From NCBI GenBank assembly GCA_965195285.1, contig CBDAFS010000013.1, positions 1 through 22,110 on the forward strand: a DNA stretch of 22,110 nt. Direction: 5' to 3'. The notes below the pieces were generated by a model. The model saw only the letters and a program-made list of their open reading frames with translations, searched no databases and was not told where the DNA came from. The translations under genes and the position numbers were made by a program. Shown piece after piece: positions 7,986 to 17,185 of the stretch. How positions within the stretch are numbered: position 1 is the first letter of the stretch; each line of letters opens with the position of its first letter. Source of the stretch: an uncultured Aminicenantes bacterium. GTDB taxonomy: Bacteria > Acidobacteriota > Aminicenantia > UBA2199.

Positions 7986-8735
7986 TTATTTGAATTGGTC
8001 ACCATCATTTAACCGTGAATCAATATACCAGCGAACCTGCTTGCAGGCCCTATCAAAAACGGCGATATCCGCATTGGTCCAGTGGGTTCTATTCAAGGCT
8101 CTTTTCAAGGAACGATGAAATAATCCCTTGTCTTCCTCCTTAAATTCCAGAGATTTCATTAAAGACCATATGTTATCATACAATCTTTTATAATTTTTCT
8201 GCTCCGCCCTCTTGGGAAAAACCATTTCATCTCTGCCCTGTCCTACCAGTTTAAATATTTCATACACAATTACCATGACCGACTGGGCAAGATTCAATGA
8301 AGGGTAAGACACTGCCGAAGGAATCTGAATATAATAATTGGCAAATTGACTCTCATCAATGGTAACCCCGGAATCCTCCCGTCCAAACACCACGGCAATT
8401 TTTTCTTTTCGAATTCTGCCTGTTATTAATTCAGCAGCTCTGGAAGGAGGTAAAAAATCTTTCTTCCACTTCCCCTTTCTGGTAGTGGCCAGGAAAACCG
8501 TGGACATATCATCCAGTGCAGCCATTAACGTATCAAATTCACGACTGTTTTTTATAATTTCTTGAGATCTGTAGCCCAATTTTCTCTGTTCTTCGGCATC
8601 ACGGTATCCAACAGGGTTTACCAATCTTAAGTGGGAAACACCCATATTTTTCATTGCCCGGGCAACAGAACCGATGTTTCCGGGATTTTTTGGTTCAACC
8701 AATACAATAACCAAATTATTTAATAATTTCTCCAT
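7986..8735 (-). CDS. trmJ: SPOUT RNA methyltransferase, TrmJ/LasT family
   Basis: IVLVEPKNPGNIGSVARAMKNMG, VFGREDSG and YPSLNLAQSV motifs; likely start MEKLLNN at 8735 because a promoter lies within the longer ORF call. Confidence 0.88.
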   Translation of the reverse strand: MEKLLNNLVIVLVEPKNPGNIGSVARAMKNMGVSHLRLVNPVGYRDAEEQRKLGYRSQEIIKNSREFDTLMAALDDMSTVFLATTRKGKWKKDFLPPSRAAELITGRIRKEKIAVVFGREDSGVTIDESQFANYYIQIPSAVSYPSLNLAQSVMVIVYEIFKLVGQGRDEMVFPKRAEQKNYKRLYDNIWSLMKSLEFKEEDKGLFHRSLKRALNRTHWTNADIAVFDRACKQVRWYIDSRLNDGDQFK

Positions 8736-8763
8736 GGGAATATGTTGAAATATTATGGTTAGA

Positions 8764-8792
8764 ATTATAGTATAAAAATTCATCTTGGGCAA
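8764..8792 (-). promoter_or_regulatory. Internal sigma70 promoter for trmJ-cysS-hemW
   Basis: TTGCCC-17 bp-TATAAT on the minus strand. Confidence 0.6.
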
Positions 8793-8845
8793 ATTCATTC
8801 TAAAAACAAAAGGACAGATTACCAAAAAAAATGCTGAATAAATGA

Positions 8846-9796
8846 TTACTTTTTTTTTAATTCATAATACAGATAATTTTGAGGTATTTTTCCAGTTCCA
8901 ATCATTTTTTTTTCGAGTTGAACCAAACGACCGGTTTCTGATTTACCTACTTCTGTTTGATGCCAGTTGTTTATATTCAAACGGCGAGGTTTCAAATATG
9001 AGGTGAGAAAAAATGGAAACAACAAGGTTCCGCCAAAAGATATGACCTCAACCAAGCCAAAATTGTCCCGTAACATTTGATCTAAATCACCTGATCGAAT
9101 ACATTCTGAAGGATCATCGGAACGCCTCCACATTTTTTTAAAATCTTTCTGATTAACAGGTTTTCGACAGGCAATTAATTGATCTGGTAGAGAATCAAGC
9201 CATTCATTAATGATATCAATAATCGATTGTTCAAATCCAAATTCCGAAAGGCCGACATATTCATCAACATACATAATACCATCACGGGATAACTGATTAT
9301 TCAGTTGAGGGAAAATGTATTCGAAATTTTTAAAGTGGTGAAAAGCACCAACATCAATAATGGTATTAAACAAACCCAGGGAAGCGTAATCATAAGAATT
9401 GGCATCAGATTTAACAAATGAATAAGGAATATCAATATTCAATTCTTTCATGTTGTGGTAAAACCGTTCTCCTTCCCCTTTTGAAATATTCAGGTAAACA
9501 ATTTCGGTTGTATCTCTTTTGGTTAGAAAAGCTTCTGCTGCCATTCCATAACCATCTCCAAAGCAAAGAACTCTCCCAAAAGGAGTTGCTCTATTCTGTA
9601 TTTTTTTTGTATACCAGCTAAGAGATGCATCCCCGGTAATTTCTTTCTGAATAATTTTCCTAATAATTTTATTATTCCACCAGTATTTAATTGAAGCAGC
9701 AGTTTCTGTTTCATCCCAGAATTTAGCTGCCTTTTTTTTATCACTTAACAACAATAAAATTTTTTTTAAAATTCGAATCAAATAATATCTGACCAA
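8846..9796 (-). CDS. Class I SAM-dependent methyltransferase, substrate unknown
   Basis: RVLCFGDGYG (variant motif I), SDAN, AFHHF, GIMYVDEYVG and DPSECIRS motifs; TTG start after a TAAGGAG SD; AT-rich. Confidence 0.72.
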   Translation of the reverse strand: MVRYYLIRILKKILLLLSDKKKAAKFWDETETAASIKYWWNNKIIRKIIQKEITGDASLSWYTKKIQNRATPFGRVLCFGDGYGMAAEAFLTKRDTTEIVYLNISKGEGERFYHNMKELNIDIPYSFVKSDANSYDYASLGLFNTIIDVGAFHHFKNFEYIFPQLNNQLSRDGIMYVDEYVGLSEFGFEQSIIDIINEWLDSLPDQLIACRKPVNQKDFKKMWRRSDDPSECIRSGDLDQMLRDNFGLVEVISFGGTLLFPFFLTSYLKPRRLNINNWHQTEVGKSETGRLVQLEKKMIGTGKIPQNYLYYELKKK

Positions 9797-9805
9797 TATA
9801 ACTCC

Positions 9806-11104
9806 TTATTTTTTCTTCTTTAAATTTGATTTTATTTTTTCCCAATATTTAATTCGCTCCTTTATTTTTTTTTCAAACCCCATTTCCTGGGGAATAAAAA
9901 AACCTTCTTCTTTTATTTCTTCGGGAAGTGTACTCATATCAGTAGTCTTTTCCCCGAAATCATGGGCATACAAATATCCCCTGCCCGCACCCTTACGGGC
10001 TGAAATGAAATCTGCCGGATTGATGAGATGAAGGGGTACAGACAGGGTTCCGTATTTATCAATGATTTTTTTCATGGTGGCCTCGGTTTTATATATTGAA
10101 TTGCTTTTGGGTGCTGAAGCCAAATAAATACATCCCTGGGTTAAAAACAGATCCCCTTCAGGAGACCCCAAATATTCATAGGCATCTTTTACCCGAAGAC
10201 ACAGCTCCAATGCCCCGGAGTCGGCAAACCCGATATCTTCCACTGCAATTCTGATCATTCGCCGGATAATATATATGGGATCTTCTCCACCCTCCAGCAT
10301 ACGATACAACCAGAAAAGAGAGGCATCACAATCAGAATTTCTGATGCTTTTATGAAATGCTGAGATCAATTGATAACGGTTATCTCCAGTTCGATCATAG
10401 GCTCCTATTTTTTTTTGAATGATATCCTGGATAAATTCCCTGTCAATTTTCCGGTTTTTATTTCTGATATGTACAATAATCTCAATGAGGTTCAAAAGGC
10501 GTCTGGCATCGCCACTGCTGTAACTCAGAATCAAATGGTTTATCTCCTGAGTCAGCTTTATCTTCACACCCGTATTTTTTTCGAGAAATGAAACAGCCTT
10601 TTTTAAAACCTTTTCCAAATGGCTCTGATCCAGAGCATAGAATTCCAGGACTTTAATTCGCGAGAGTAAAGCCCGGTTTATTTTATAGGCCGGGTTTTCT
10701 ATGGTTGTACCGATAAGGATGATATCCCCCCTCTCTACAAAGGGAAGAAACGCATCCTGAGAATGTTTGTTGAAATGATGGATCTCATCAACAAATACCA
10801 CCAGTGGTTGACCTTCCAGCTTTTTTACCTGCATGGCTTTGGCCATGATATCACGGACTTCGCCAATGCTGGATATGGTTGCGGAAAACTCGATAGAGGG
10901 CACTCCGAGTGATTGAACCAAAATTCTGGAAATGGTTGTTTTTCCACTCCCGGGAGGTCCCCAGAATATCAGGGAACTCAATTTCTTATTCTCAATGAAT
11001 GAATATAATATTTTTCCCTTTCCGATTAAATGGTCCTGCCCTTCACATTCATCGAGCTTCTGAGGCCGAAGTTTTTCTGCCAGCGGAAAAAATGAATTTT
11101 TCAA
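9806..11104 (-). CDS. rarA: Replication-associated recombination protein A (AAA+ ATPase, MgsA/RarA)
   Basis: WGPPGSGKTT Walker A, FVDEIH Walker B, ISAFHKSIR, EDIGFAD, APKSNS and YLYAHD motifs. Confidence 0.96.
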   Translation of the reverse strand: MKNSFFPLAEKLRPQKLDECEGQDHLIGKGKILYSFIENKKLSSLIFWGPPGSGKTTISRILVQSLGVPSIEFSATISSIGEVRDIMAKAMQVKKLEGQPLVVFVDEIHHFNKHSQDAFLPFVERGDIILIGTTIENPAYKINRALLSRIKVLEFYALDQSHLEKVLKKAVSFLEKNTGVKIKLTQEINHLILSYSSGDARRLLNLIEIIVHIRNKNRKIDREFIQDIIQKKIGAYDRTGDNRYQLISAFHKSIRNSDCDASLFWLYRMLEGGEDPIYIIRRMIRIAVEDIGFADSGALELCLRVKDAYEYLGSPEGDLFLTQGCIYLASAPKSNSIYKTEATMKKIIDKYGTLSVPLHLINPADFISARKGAGRGYLYAHDFGEKTTDMSTLPEEIKEEGFFIPQEMGFEKKIKERIKYWEKIKSNLKKKK

Positions 11105-11116
11105 TGTTGTTTGCCT

Positions 11117-14100
11117 TTAACCGAAGTAATCGATACCGGATTCGAATAATTTCTGATCTTTGTTTCCGGGAATATTGATGGCAACATGATTGCCTTTCCT
11201 CTCCGAATGAGCCATCTTCCCCAGAATCCGGCCATCCGGACTGGTAATACCCTCTACTGCATTCATCGAGCCATTGGGATTGAATTCAAAATCCATGGAG
11301 GGATCACCTTGCATATCAACATATTGAGTGGTGATTTGACCGGCTGATAATAATTTTTTAAATTTTTCCTGCTTCGCCACGAATCTTCCCTCGCCATGAG
11401 ATACCGGTATTACATGTATATCGCCCGACCGGGAATGCAAAAACCAGGGAGAAAGAACTGAAACCACTTTGGTTCTGATCATGCGAGACACATGACGCCC
11501 AATTGTATTGAAAGTCAGGGTAGGGCTGGATTCATCCAATTCTCTGATCTCACCGTAGATAACCAAGCCCAATTTAATCAATGCCTGAAAACCATTGCAG
11601 ATTCCCAGCATGAGTCCGTCTCTTTTGTGTAAGAATTTCATTACCGCATTTTGAATCTCCGGATTTCTGAATACGGCGGTAATAAACTTGCCCGAACCAT
11701 CGGGTTCATCACCGGAACTGAATCCCCCTGGAATAACAATAATCTGAGAATTTTCAATCTTTTTCTTCATGCTATTCAAAGATTGAATAATGTCAGAGGG
11801 TTTCAGGTTTCTGAAAACAACCGTCTCGACAATACCACCCGCTGTTTCAAAGGCTTTCTGGGTATCATATTCACAATTGGTCCCGGGAAAAACGGTTATT
11901 AAAATTCTTGGCTTGGCAATTTTCACTTTGGGCTTTTTCTCATTTCGCTCAGTATAAATGAACGACTCGCATGTGTTTTCTTTTGGTGTTAACAGGGTTG
12001 GGAATACCCTTTCCAAGGGTTTTTTCCAATTTAACATCAATTCTTCAATCCCAATCTCTGTTCCATTAACGGACAGAACAGGTTTGTCCATGGTATGACC
12101 CAGAATTTGGTATTGAACTCCTTTGAACATGCTGTTTAAATTTACATTTTTTTCAACCTCTAAAACAATAGAACCAAAATCTGGAGACAACAAATCACTG
12201 ATTTTCATGGGATTTTTCAAAAATAATCCTATTTTGTTGCCCAAACACATCTTGCTTAATGCTGCGGCCAGTCCTCCGCCCCGTACCGTATGAGCCGAGA
12301 GAATTTTCTTTTTTTGTATATTCTCGGTAACAGCAGAAAACATTGGCTTCAACACATCGAATCTGGGGCACTCATTCAGATCTCTTTCCGCTTTAAGGTA
12401 GACAATCAGGGTGTTGCTCTGCTTTAATTCAGGGGAAATAACTGTTTCTAAATCCACGACATCTACTGCAAATGCAATTAGGGTGGGGGGAACATGTAAA
12501 TCTTCAAAAGACCCTGACATACTGTCCTTCCCTCCGATTGAAGCCAACTCAAATTCGGTTAAAGCATAATATGCCCCCAGTAATGCGGCAAAGGGTTTTC
12601 CCCACTTACTGGGATTGTCACCAAGTTTTTCAAAATACTCCTGGAGAGAAAATCGGATGGATCGATAATCTCCTCCGGTTGCAACCACTTTGGACACTGC
12701 TTCGATAATAGAATATATTCCTGTATGAAAAGGACTCCAGACTGCCAGTTCGGGATTGAAACCAAATGTCATAACGGTTCCGGTTAAAGTATCTGATGTC
12801 AATACCGGGATCTTGGCAACCATTGCTTCAATCGGAGTCAATTGATATTGACCTCCGAAAGGAAGCAATACAGTGCCCGCTCCAATAGTGCTGTCAAATC
12901 TTTCTACCAGCCCAATTTGCCCACAATTATTAAGATCTCTCAAATTTTCCAACCAGATGGTTTTCAAATCATCAGGTCGATTCGTGATTTTTTCAACGGA
13001 TTCGATAAAAAAATTGTCTCTGCTCTCTGGTGCAGAGACAACCACATCAATATGCTTTCTTACTCCATTGGTATCTATAAATTTCCTGCTGATATCAACG
13101 ATGGCCTCATCTCTCCAATACATTCTCAAACGATCAGAGGAAGTTACGCGGGCAACTTCTGTTGCCTCGAGATTTTCCGCTTCAGAATACCGCTTGAATC
13201 GATTTACATCTCCGGGAGAGATAACAACTGCCATTCTCTCCTGGGATTCTGATAGGGCCAGTTCCGTCCCATCAAGCCCCTCATATTTTTTGGGGATTTT
13301 ATCCAGATTTATATCCAACCCATCAGCCAGTTCTCCGATTGCTACCGAGACCCCGCCCGCTCCAAAATCATTGCTCCTCTTGATCAAACGGGTGACTTCA
13401 GGATTCCGGAAAAGCCGTTGAAGTTTTCGCTCCTCTGGCGGATTCCCCTTTTGAACTTCCGCCCCTGCCGTGAAAATCGATTTTTCCGTATGTTTCTTGG
13501 ACGATCCGGTAGCTCCGCCAATTCCATCTCTACCGGTTCTTCCACCCACCAGAATAACCACATCCCCAGGGATGGGCTCCTCTCTCTTTATATTTTTTCT
13601 TGAAACAGCACCGACAACAGCACCTACTTCCATTCGTTTGCTGACATACTTATCATGGTAAATTTCCGTAACCAGACCAGTGGCCAAACCGATTTGATTC
13701 CCATAAGAACTGTATCCCAAGGCAGCCTCGGTGGTAATCTTTTTCTGGGGCAATTTGCCTGGAAGTGTTTCCGAAATACTGGCCCTGGGATCTCCAGAAC
13801 CACTAACCCGCATGGCCTGGTATACAAATGCCCTCCCGGAAAGGGGATCCCGAATGGCACCGCCCAGACAGGTAGCCGCGCCCCCGAATGGTTCAATCTC
13901 AGTGGGATGGTTGTGGGTTTCGTTTTTAAACAAAATTAACCATTCTTCTTCCTTATTATTTCGCTTGATTGTTCTGATGATACTGCAGGCATTTATTTCA
14001 CCGGACATCTCCATATCCTGGAGTTTTCCTTTCTCTCGCAGTTCCTTCATACTCAAGGTTGCCAAATTCATCAAACTCAGGTCAACATCCTGACATTCAG

Positions 14101-14908
14101 CAGATTTTTTTTTATATTGAAGCCACTCAGCTGTTTTAATATATTTTTCCAGGGTTTCTTTTATGGGTTTTGCATACGGACCCTCAACTATTTTAACATT
14201 ATGAATACGGGTATTAAAGGTAGTATGTCGGCAGTGATCCGACCAATATGTATCCAGCATTTTGATCTCGGTTATGGTGGGATCCCTCTTTTCCTGCTCC
14301 CGAAAATACTGTTGACAAAACGAAATATCCTCGAGACCCATGGCCAATCCCCGGGAATCAATAAATTTTTGAAGTTCACCCTGAGAAAAACCCCTGAAAC
14401 CATATATGGATTTTATATCTTCCGGAACCAGGAACTGCATCCTCAAATCCTCAGGCTTATCCAGCTTTGCCTCTCTGGAATCCACAGGATTAATGAGATA
14501 TTTTTTGATTCTATCCATATCCTCGGAGGATATTTTACCCTTTAAAATAATGAATCTGGCTGTTACCACCAGAGGTTTATTTTGTCGACTAATAATCTGA
14601 ATACATTGGGCTGCTGAGTCCGCTCTCTGATCATACTGGCCGGGTAAATATTCAATAGCAACGATTTTTTCATTTCCTTGTAGCTGAATTCTTTCCTCAT
14701 AAATATTATCCAGTGGCGGTTCGGAAAGAATTGAATTTTTCACCCGGTTAAATTCTGGCTGTGAAATTTCAGAAATATCATACCGATTCAGCAGGCGAAG
14801 GTTCTCCAAATTTTCAATGCCAAGGTTAAATTTTAGATCCTGAAAAAGACTCTGTGCTTCTATATCAAAACCTTTCTTTTTTTCAACAAATATTCTTTTT
14901 ATGCTCAC
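11117..14908 (-). CDS. purL: Phosphoribosylformylglycinamidine synthase, large fused form (synthetase + glutaminase)
   Basis: YWSDHCRHTTF, KNETHNHPTEIEPFGGAAT, DFGAGG and SESQERM motifs; C-terminal GICNGFQ, SHGEG, AHSER; 1263 aa. Confidence 0.98.
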   Translation of the reverse strand: MSIKRIFVEKKKGFDIEAQSLFQDLKFNLGIENLENLRLLNRYDISEISQPEFNRVKNSILSEPPLDNIYEERIQLQGNEKIVAIEYLPGQYDQRADSAAQCIQIISRQNKPLVVTARFIILKGKISSEDMDRIKKYLINPVDSREAKLDKPEDLRMQFLVPEDIKSIYGFRGFSQGELQKFIDSRGLAMGLEDISFCQQYFREQEKRDPTITEIKMLDTYWSDHCRHTTFNTRIHNVKIVEGPYAKPIKETLEKYIKTAEWLQYKKKSAECQDVDLSLMNLATLSMKELREKGKLQDMEMSGEINACSIIRTIKRNNKEEEWLILFKNETHNHPTEIEPFGGAATCLGGAIRDPLSGRAFVYQAMRVSGSGDPRASISETLPGKLPQKKITTEAALGYSSYGNQIGLATGLVTEIYHDKYVSKRMEVGAVVGAVSRKNIKREEPIPGDVVILVGGRTGRDGIGGATGSSKKHTEKSIFTAGAEVQKGNPPEERKLQRLFRNPEVTRLIKRSNDFGAGGVSVAIGELADGLDINLDKIPKKYEGLDGTELALSESQERMAVVISPGDVNRFKRYSEAENLEATEVARVTSSDRLRMYWRDEAIVDISRKFIDTNGVRKHIDVVVSAPESRDNFFIESVEKITNRPDDLKTIWLENLRDLNNCGQIGLVERFDSTIGAGTVLLPFGGQYQLTPIEAMVAKIPVLTSDTLTGTVMTFGFNPELAVWSPFHTGIYSIIEAVSKVVATGGDYRSIRFSLQEYFEKLGDNPSKWGKPFAALLGAYYALTEFELASIGGKDSMSGSFEDLHVPPTLIAFAVDVVDLETVISPELKQSNTLIVYLKAERDLNECPRFDVLKPMFSAVTENIQKKKILSAHTVRGGGLAAALSKMCLGNKIGLFLKNPMKISDLLSPDFGSIVLEVEKNVNLNSMFKGVQYQILGHTMDKPVLSVNGTEIGIEELMLNWKKPLERVFPTLLTPKENTCESFIYTERNEKKPKVKIAKPRILITVFPGTNCEYDTQKAFETAGGIVETVVFRNLKPSDIIQSLNSMKKKIENSQIIVIPGGFSSGDEPDGSGKFITAVFRNPEIQNAVMKFLHKRDGLMLGICNGFQALIKLGLVIYGEIRELDESSPTLTFNTIGRHVSRMIRTKVVSVLSPWFLHSRSGDIHVIPVSHGEGRFVAKQEKFKKLLSAGQITTQYVDMQGDPSMDFEFNPNGSMNAVEGITSPDGRILGKMAHSERKGNHVAINIPGNKDQKLFESGIDYFG

Positions 14909-14927
14909 GGTTAGATATTACCTGATC

Positions 14928-15812
14928 TTATAGGGGTTTTAAGGCCTTGCGGATTTCATGAATATGTTCGGGTGTTGTTCCACAGCATCCCCCGATAATT
15001 GAGACACCCGCTTGGACTAAATCTTTACTCTTCTCTGCCATAAAGCCGGGGGTTTCCGGGTAATAGGGAAGATTATTTCTCAGCTCGGGGAGCCCGGCAT
15101 TGGACTGAATGATGAGTGGAACCGGGGTCAATTGATTAAATTCCCGGGCTATCAAAATCATCTTCTCGATTCCGTTCCCACAATTTGAGCCAACAATATC
15201 CGCTCCTGCCGCCGTTAATTGCTGCACTGCTGTGGGAATATCCACTCCCATAATAGTAAAAAACCCCCTGGGAGTGGAATCAAATGTCATGGTGGCCATA
15301 ACCGGAATATCCGGCGCAATAGATTTGGCGGCTTTTACTGCCAGAACAGCCTCCTGAACATCGGTCATGGTCTCAACACAAACAACATCGATTCCATCAT
15401 CTATCAATGCGTTAAGCTGGCGGTAAAAATTATCATACATTACTTCGGATTCGATATCCCCATAGGGTTTTAACAGTTTTCCACTGGGGCCACAGGAAGC
15501 CGAAATAAAAACACTTCCATCTATCGCATTTATTACGGCTTTCAGGGCATTCCTATTGATCTCTTCTGTTTTTTCCTCCAGGGAATAATCGGCCAATTTC
15601 AAGGGTGATGCCCCAAATGTATTGGTCTGTAAAATCTCAGCTCCGGCATTATAATAAAGGCGAGCAATTTCTTCAAGAATTTCCGGATGTGATAAATTAA
15701 ACGTTTCCGGAGGCATTCCGGCCGGAAGCCCCCTTTGCATCAACAGAGAGCCCATGGCCCCATCGGCAATAAAAATTTCCCCTCTATTCAACCGTTTTAA
15801 AATCGATTCCAT
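14928..15812 (-). CDS. Homocysteine S-methyltransferase family protein (stand-alone MetH Hcy-binding domain)
   Basis: DGAMGS, TNTF, ETM, GSNCG, NAGLP and GGCCGTTPEHI motifs, including the three Zn-ligand cysteines. Confidence 0.93.
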   Translation of the reverse strand: MESILKRLNRGEIFIADGAMGSLLMQRGLPAGMPPETFNLSHPEILEEIARLYYNAGAEILQTNTFGASPLKLADYSLEEKTEEINRNALKAVINAIDGSVFISASCGPSGKLLKPYGDIESEVMYDNFYRQLNALIDDGIDVVCVETMTDVQEAVLAVKAAKSIAPDIPVMATMTFDSTPRGFFTIMGVDIPTAVQQLTAAGADIVGSNCGNGIEKMILIAREFNQLTPVPLIIQSNAGLPELRNNLPYYPETPGFMAEKSKDLVQAGVSIIGGCCGTTPEHIHEIRKALKPL

Positions 15813-15813
15813 G

Positions 15814-16452
15814 CTAATTATGACCGGTCATGGCCTTGATGCGTTCCACTGCATGACCGACATCATATCCATACTCATCAGCCCCGATTTCATCGGCAAA
15901 GGCCTTGGATACCGGAGCCCCTCCGATAATGGTTTTTATTTGACCTGATAATTCTTCTCTTTTGATAATATCCACAACCTGTTTCATCACAGCCATGGTG
16001 GTAGTTAAAAGTGCGGACATACCAATAATCCTGGCATTATTGCCTTTAGCCGTATCCACAAATTTTTCCGGGGCTACATCATTTCCCAGGTCAATGACTT
16101 CATAACCTGCCCCTTTAAGCATAATTCCCACCAGGTTTTTCCCGATATCATGCAAATCACCCTGAACCGATCCGATAACAACCTTTCCCCGGGAGGGAAT
16201 ACCCTCTTCAATGAGCATAGGCTTCAGCAAGTCCATTCCTGCATACATGGCCTTGGCGGCTAACAGAACATCCGGCAAAAAAATTTCATGGATTCTAAAC
16301 TGATCCCCGATAATATTCATTCCGGCAATTAATCCATCATTGAGAATTTCCAGGGGAGATTTGTGCTGATCCAGGGCGCTTTGGGTAAGTTCGGCTACCT
16401 TGGTATCATCTCCCATCTGCAGATGCTGTGAGATTTGATTTAATATTTCCAT
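15814..16452 (-). CDS. Cobalamin-binding corrinoid protein (MtbC/MttC-like)
   Basis: Cap domain EIFLPDVL; GDLHDIGKNLV (DxHxxG); MSALLTTT and IIGGAPV motifs. Confidence 0.95.
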   Translation of the reverse strand: MEILNQISQHLQMGDDTKVAELTQSALDQHKSPLEILNDGLIAGMNIIGDQFRIHEIFLPDVLLAAKAMYAGMDLLKPMLIEEGIPSRGKVVIGSVQGDLHDIGKNLVGIMLKGAGYEVIDLGNDVAPEKFVDTAKGNNARIIGMSALLTTTMAVMKQVVDIIKREELSGQIKTIIGGAPVSKAFADEIGADEYGYDVGHAVERIKAMTGHN

Positions 16453-17179
16453 GTTTTATCTCCTTGTCTTCCTGAATTATTGGTTTTATCCTCTGCAGAC
16501 AGGATTTGTGTGAACAAAGTCTGCAAAATGAAAAATTGTTTTTGAAAATATGAATATCTCTCTTCCCGGCCACCAGGACACCGGTTATTGATTTTAAAGG
16601 GACCATCAAAAACTGCTGATTTAGGGTGATACCGATCTCCTCTGGTTCAAGGTATTCAAAGAGTCTTTTTTGGGCGCTGAGGTGCCACCCACAGTATCCT
16701 GGGCTGTATATCAGAACGGTTGTAGATGGCTCGCATTGATTTTTTTCCATTAAAAATTGGTAAAACTCCTGCTCCCCGATGCGGGTGGCCATATCGGCTC
16801 CCTCAGAGGCAACAGAATCCAGCATTGATCCCAGTGCAAAATCATTATTATTAAACAACCGGGTAATCTCTTGACTGATTGTTTCTCCCAGGGTGAAGGC
16901 TAAGATTGCCAGGTGTTGAGACTGAGGATAAATGATCCCCAATGGAGTCTTTTTCTCATTCATCCCCATTCCCGAATAAACTTGACTGAAATCCTTAATT
17001 GAAATCGTTTCGATTACCCCTTTGGGTTCAGCCAGTTCCCGGTACAGAAGCAGTGCTTTGGAATAAAGCTCGACTATTTTTTTCGATGGTTTTACACCTC
17101 TGGCGATCCCCTGGGATAAGAACACACCCTCCTGGGACGGTTCGATTTTTTCAATCCGGGGAATTAAAAACTGTCTCAT
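16406..17179 (-). CDS. Vitamin B12-dependent methionine synthase activation-domain-like protein
   Basis: AFTLG, LDSVASE, YSPGYCGW, IGITL..FLMVPLKSITG and C-terminal CRLCSHKSC, typical of short stand-alone reactivation domains. Confidence 0.85.
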   Translation of the reverse strand: MRQFLIPRIEKIEPSQEGVFLSQGIARGVKPSKKIVELYSKALLLYRELAEPKGVIETISIKDFSQVYSGMGMNEKKTPLGIIYPQSQHLAILAFTLGETISQEITRLFNNNDFALGSMLDSVASEGADMATRIGEQEFYQFLMEKNQCEPSTTVLIYSPGYCGWHLSAQKRLFEYLEPEEIGITLNQQFLMVPLKSITGVLVAGKRDIHIFKNNFSFCRLCSHKSCLQRIKPIIQEDKEIKHGNIKSNLTASADGR

Positions 17180-17185
17180 GAAGGT

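Noticed and set aside
7973-8008. Apparent trmJ/cysS overlap in the ORF track
   Set aside because: Disappears with the SD-supported cysS start at 7972
11651-14600. Numerous 60-180 aa ORFs within purL (and similar ones inside purM, yfcC, cysS, mttB, ZIP and the permease)
   Set aside because: Shadow frames of well-supported genes
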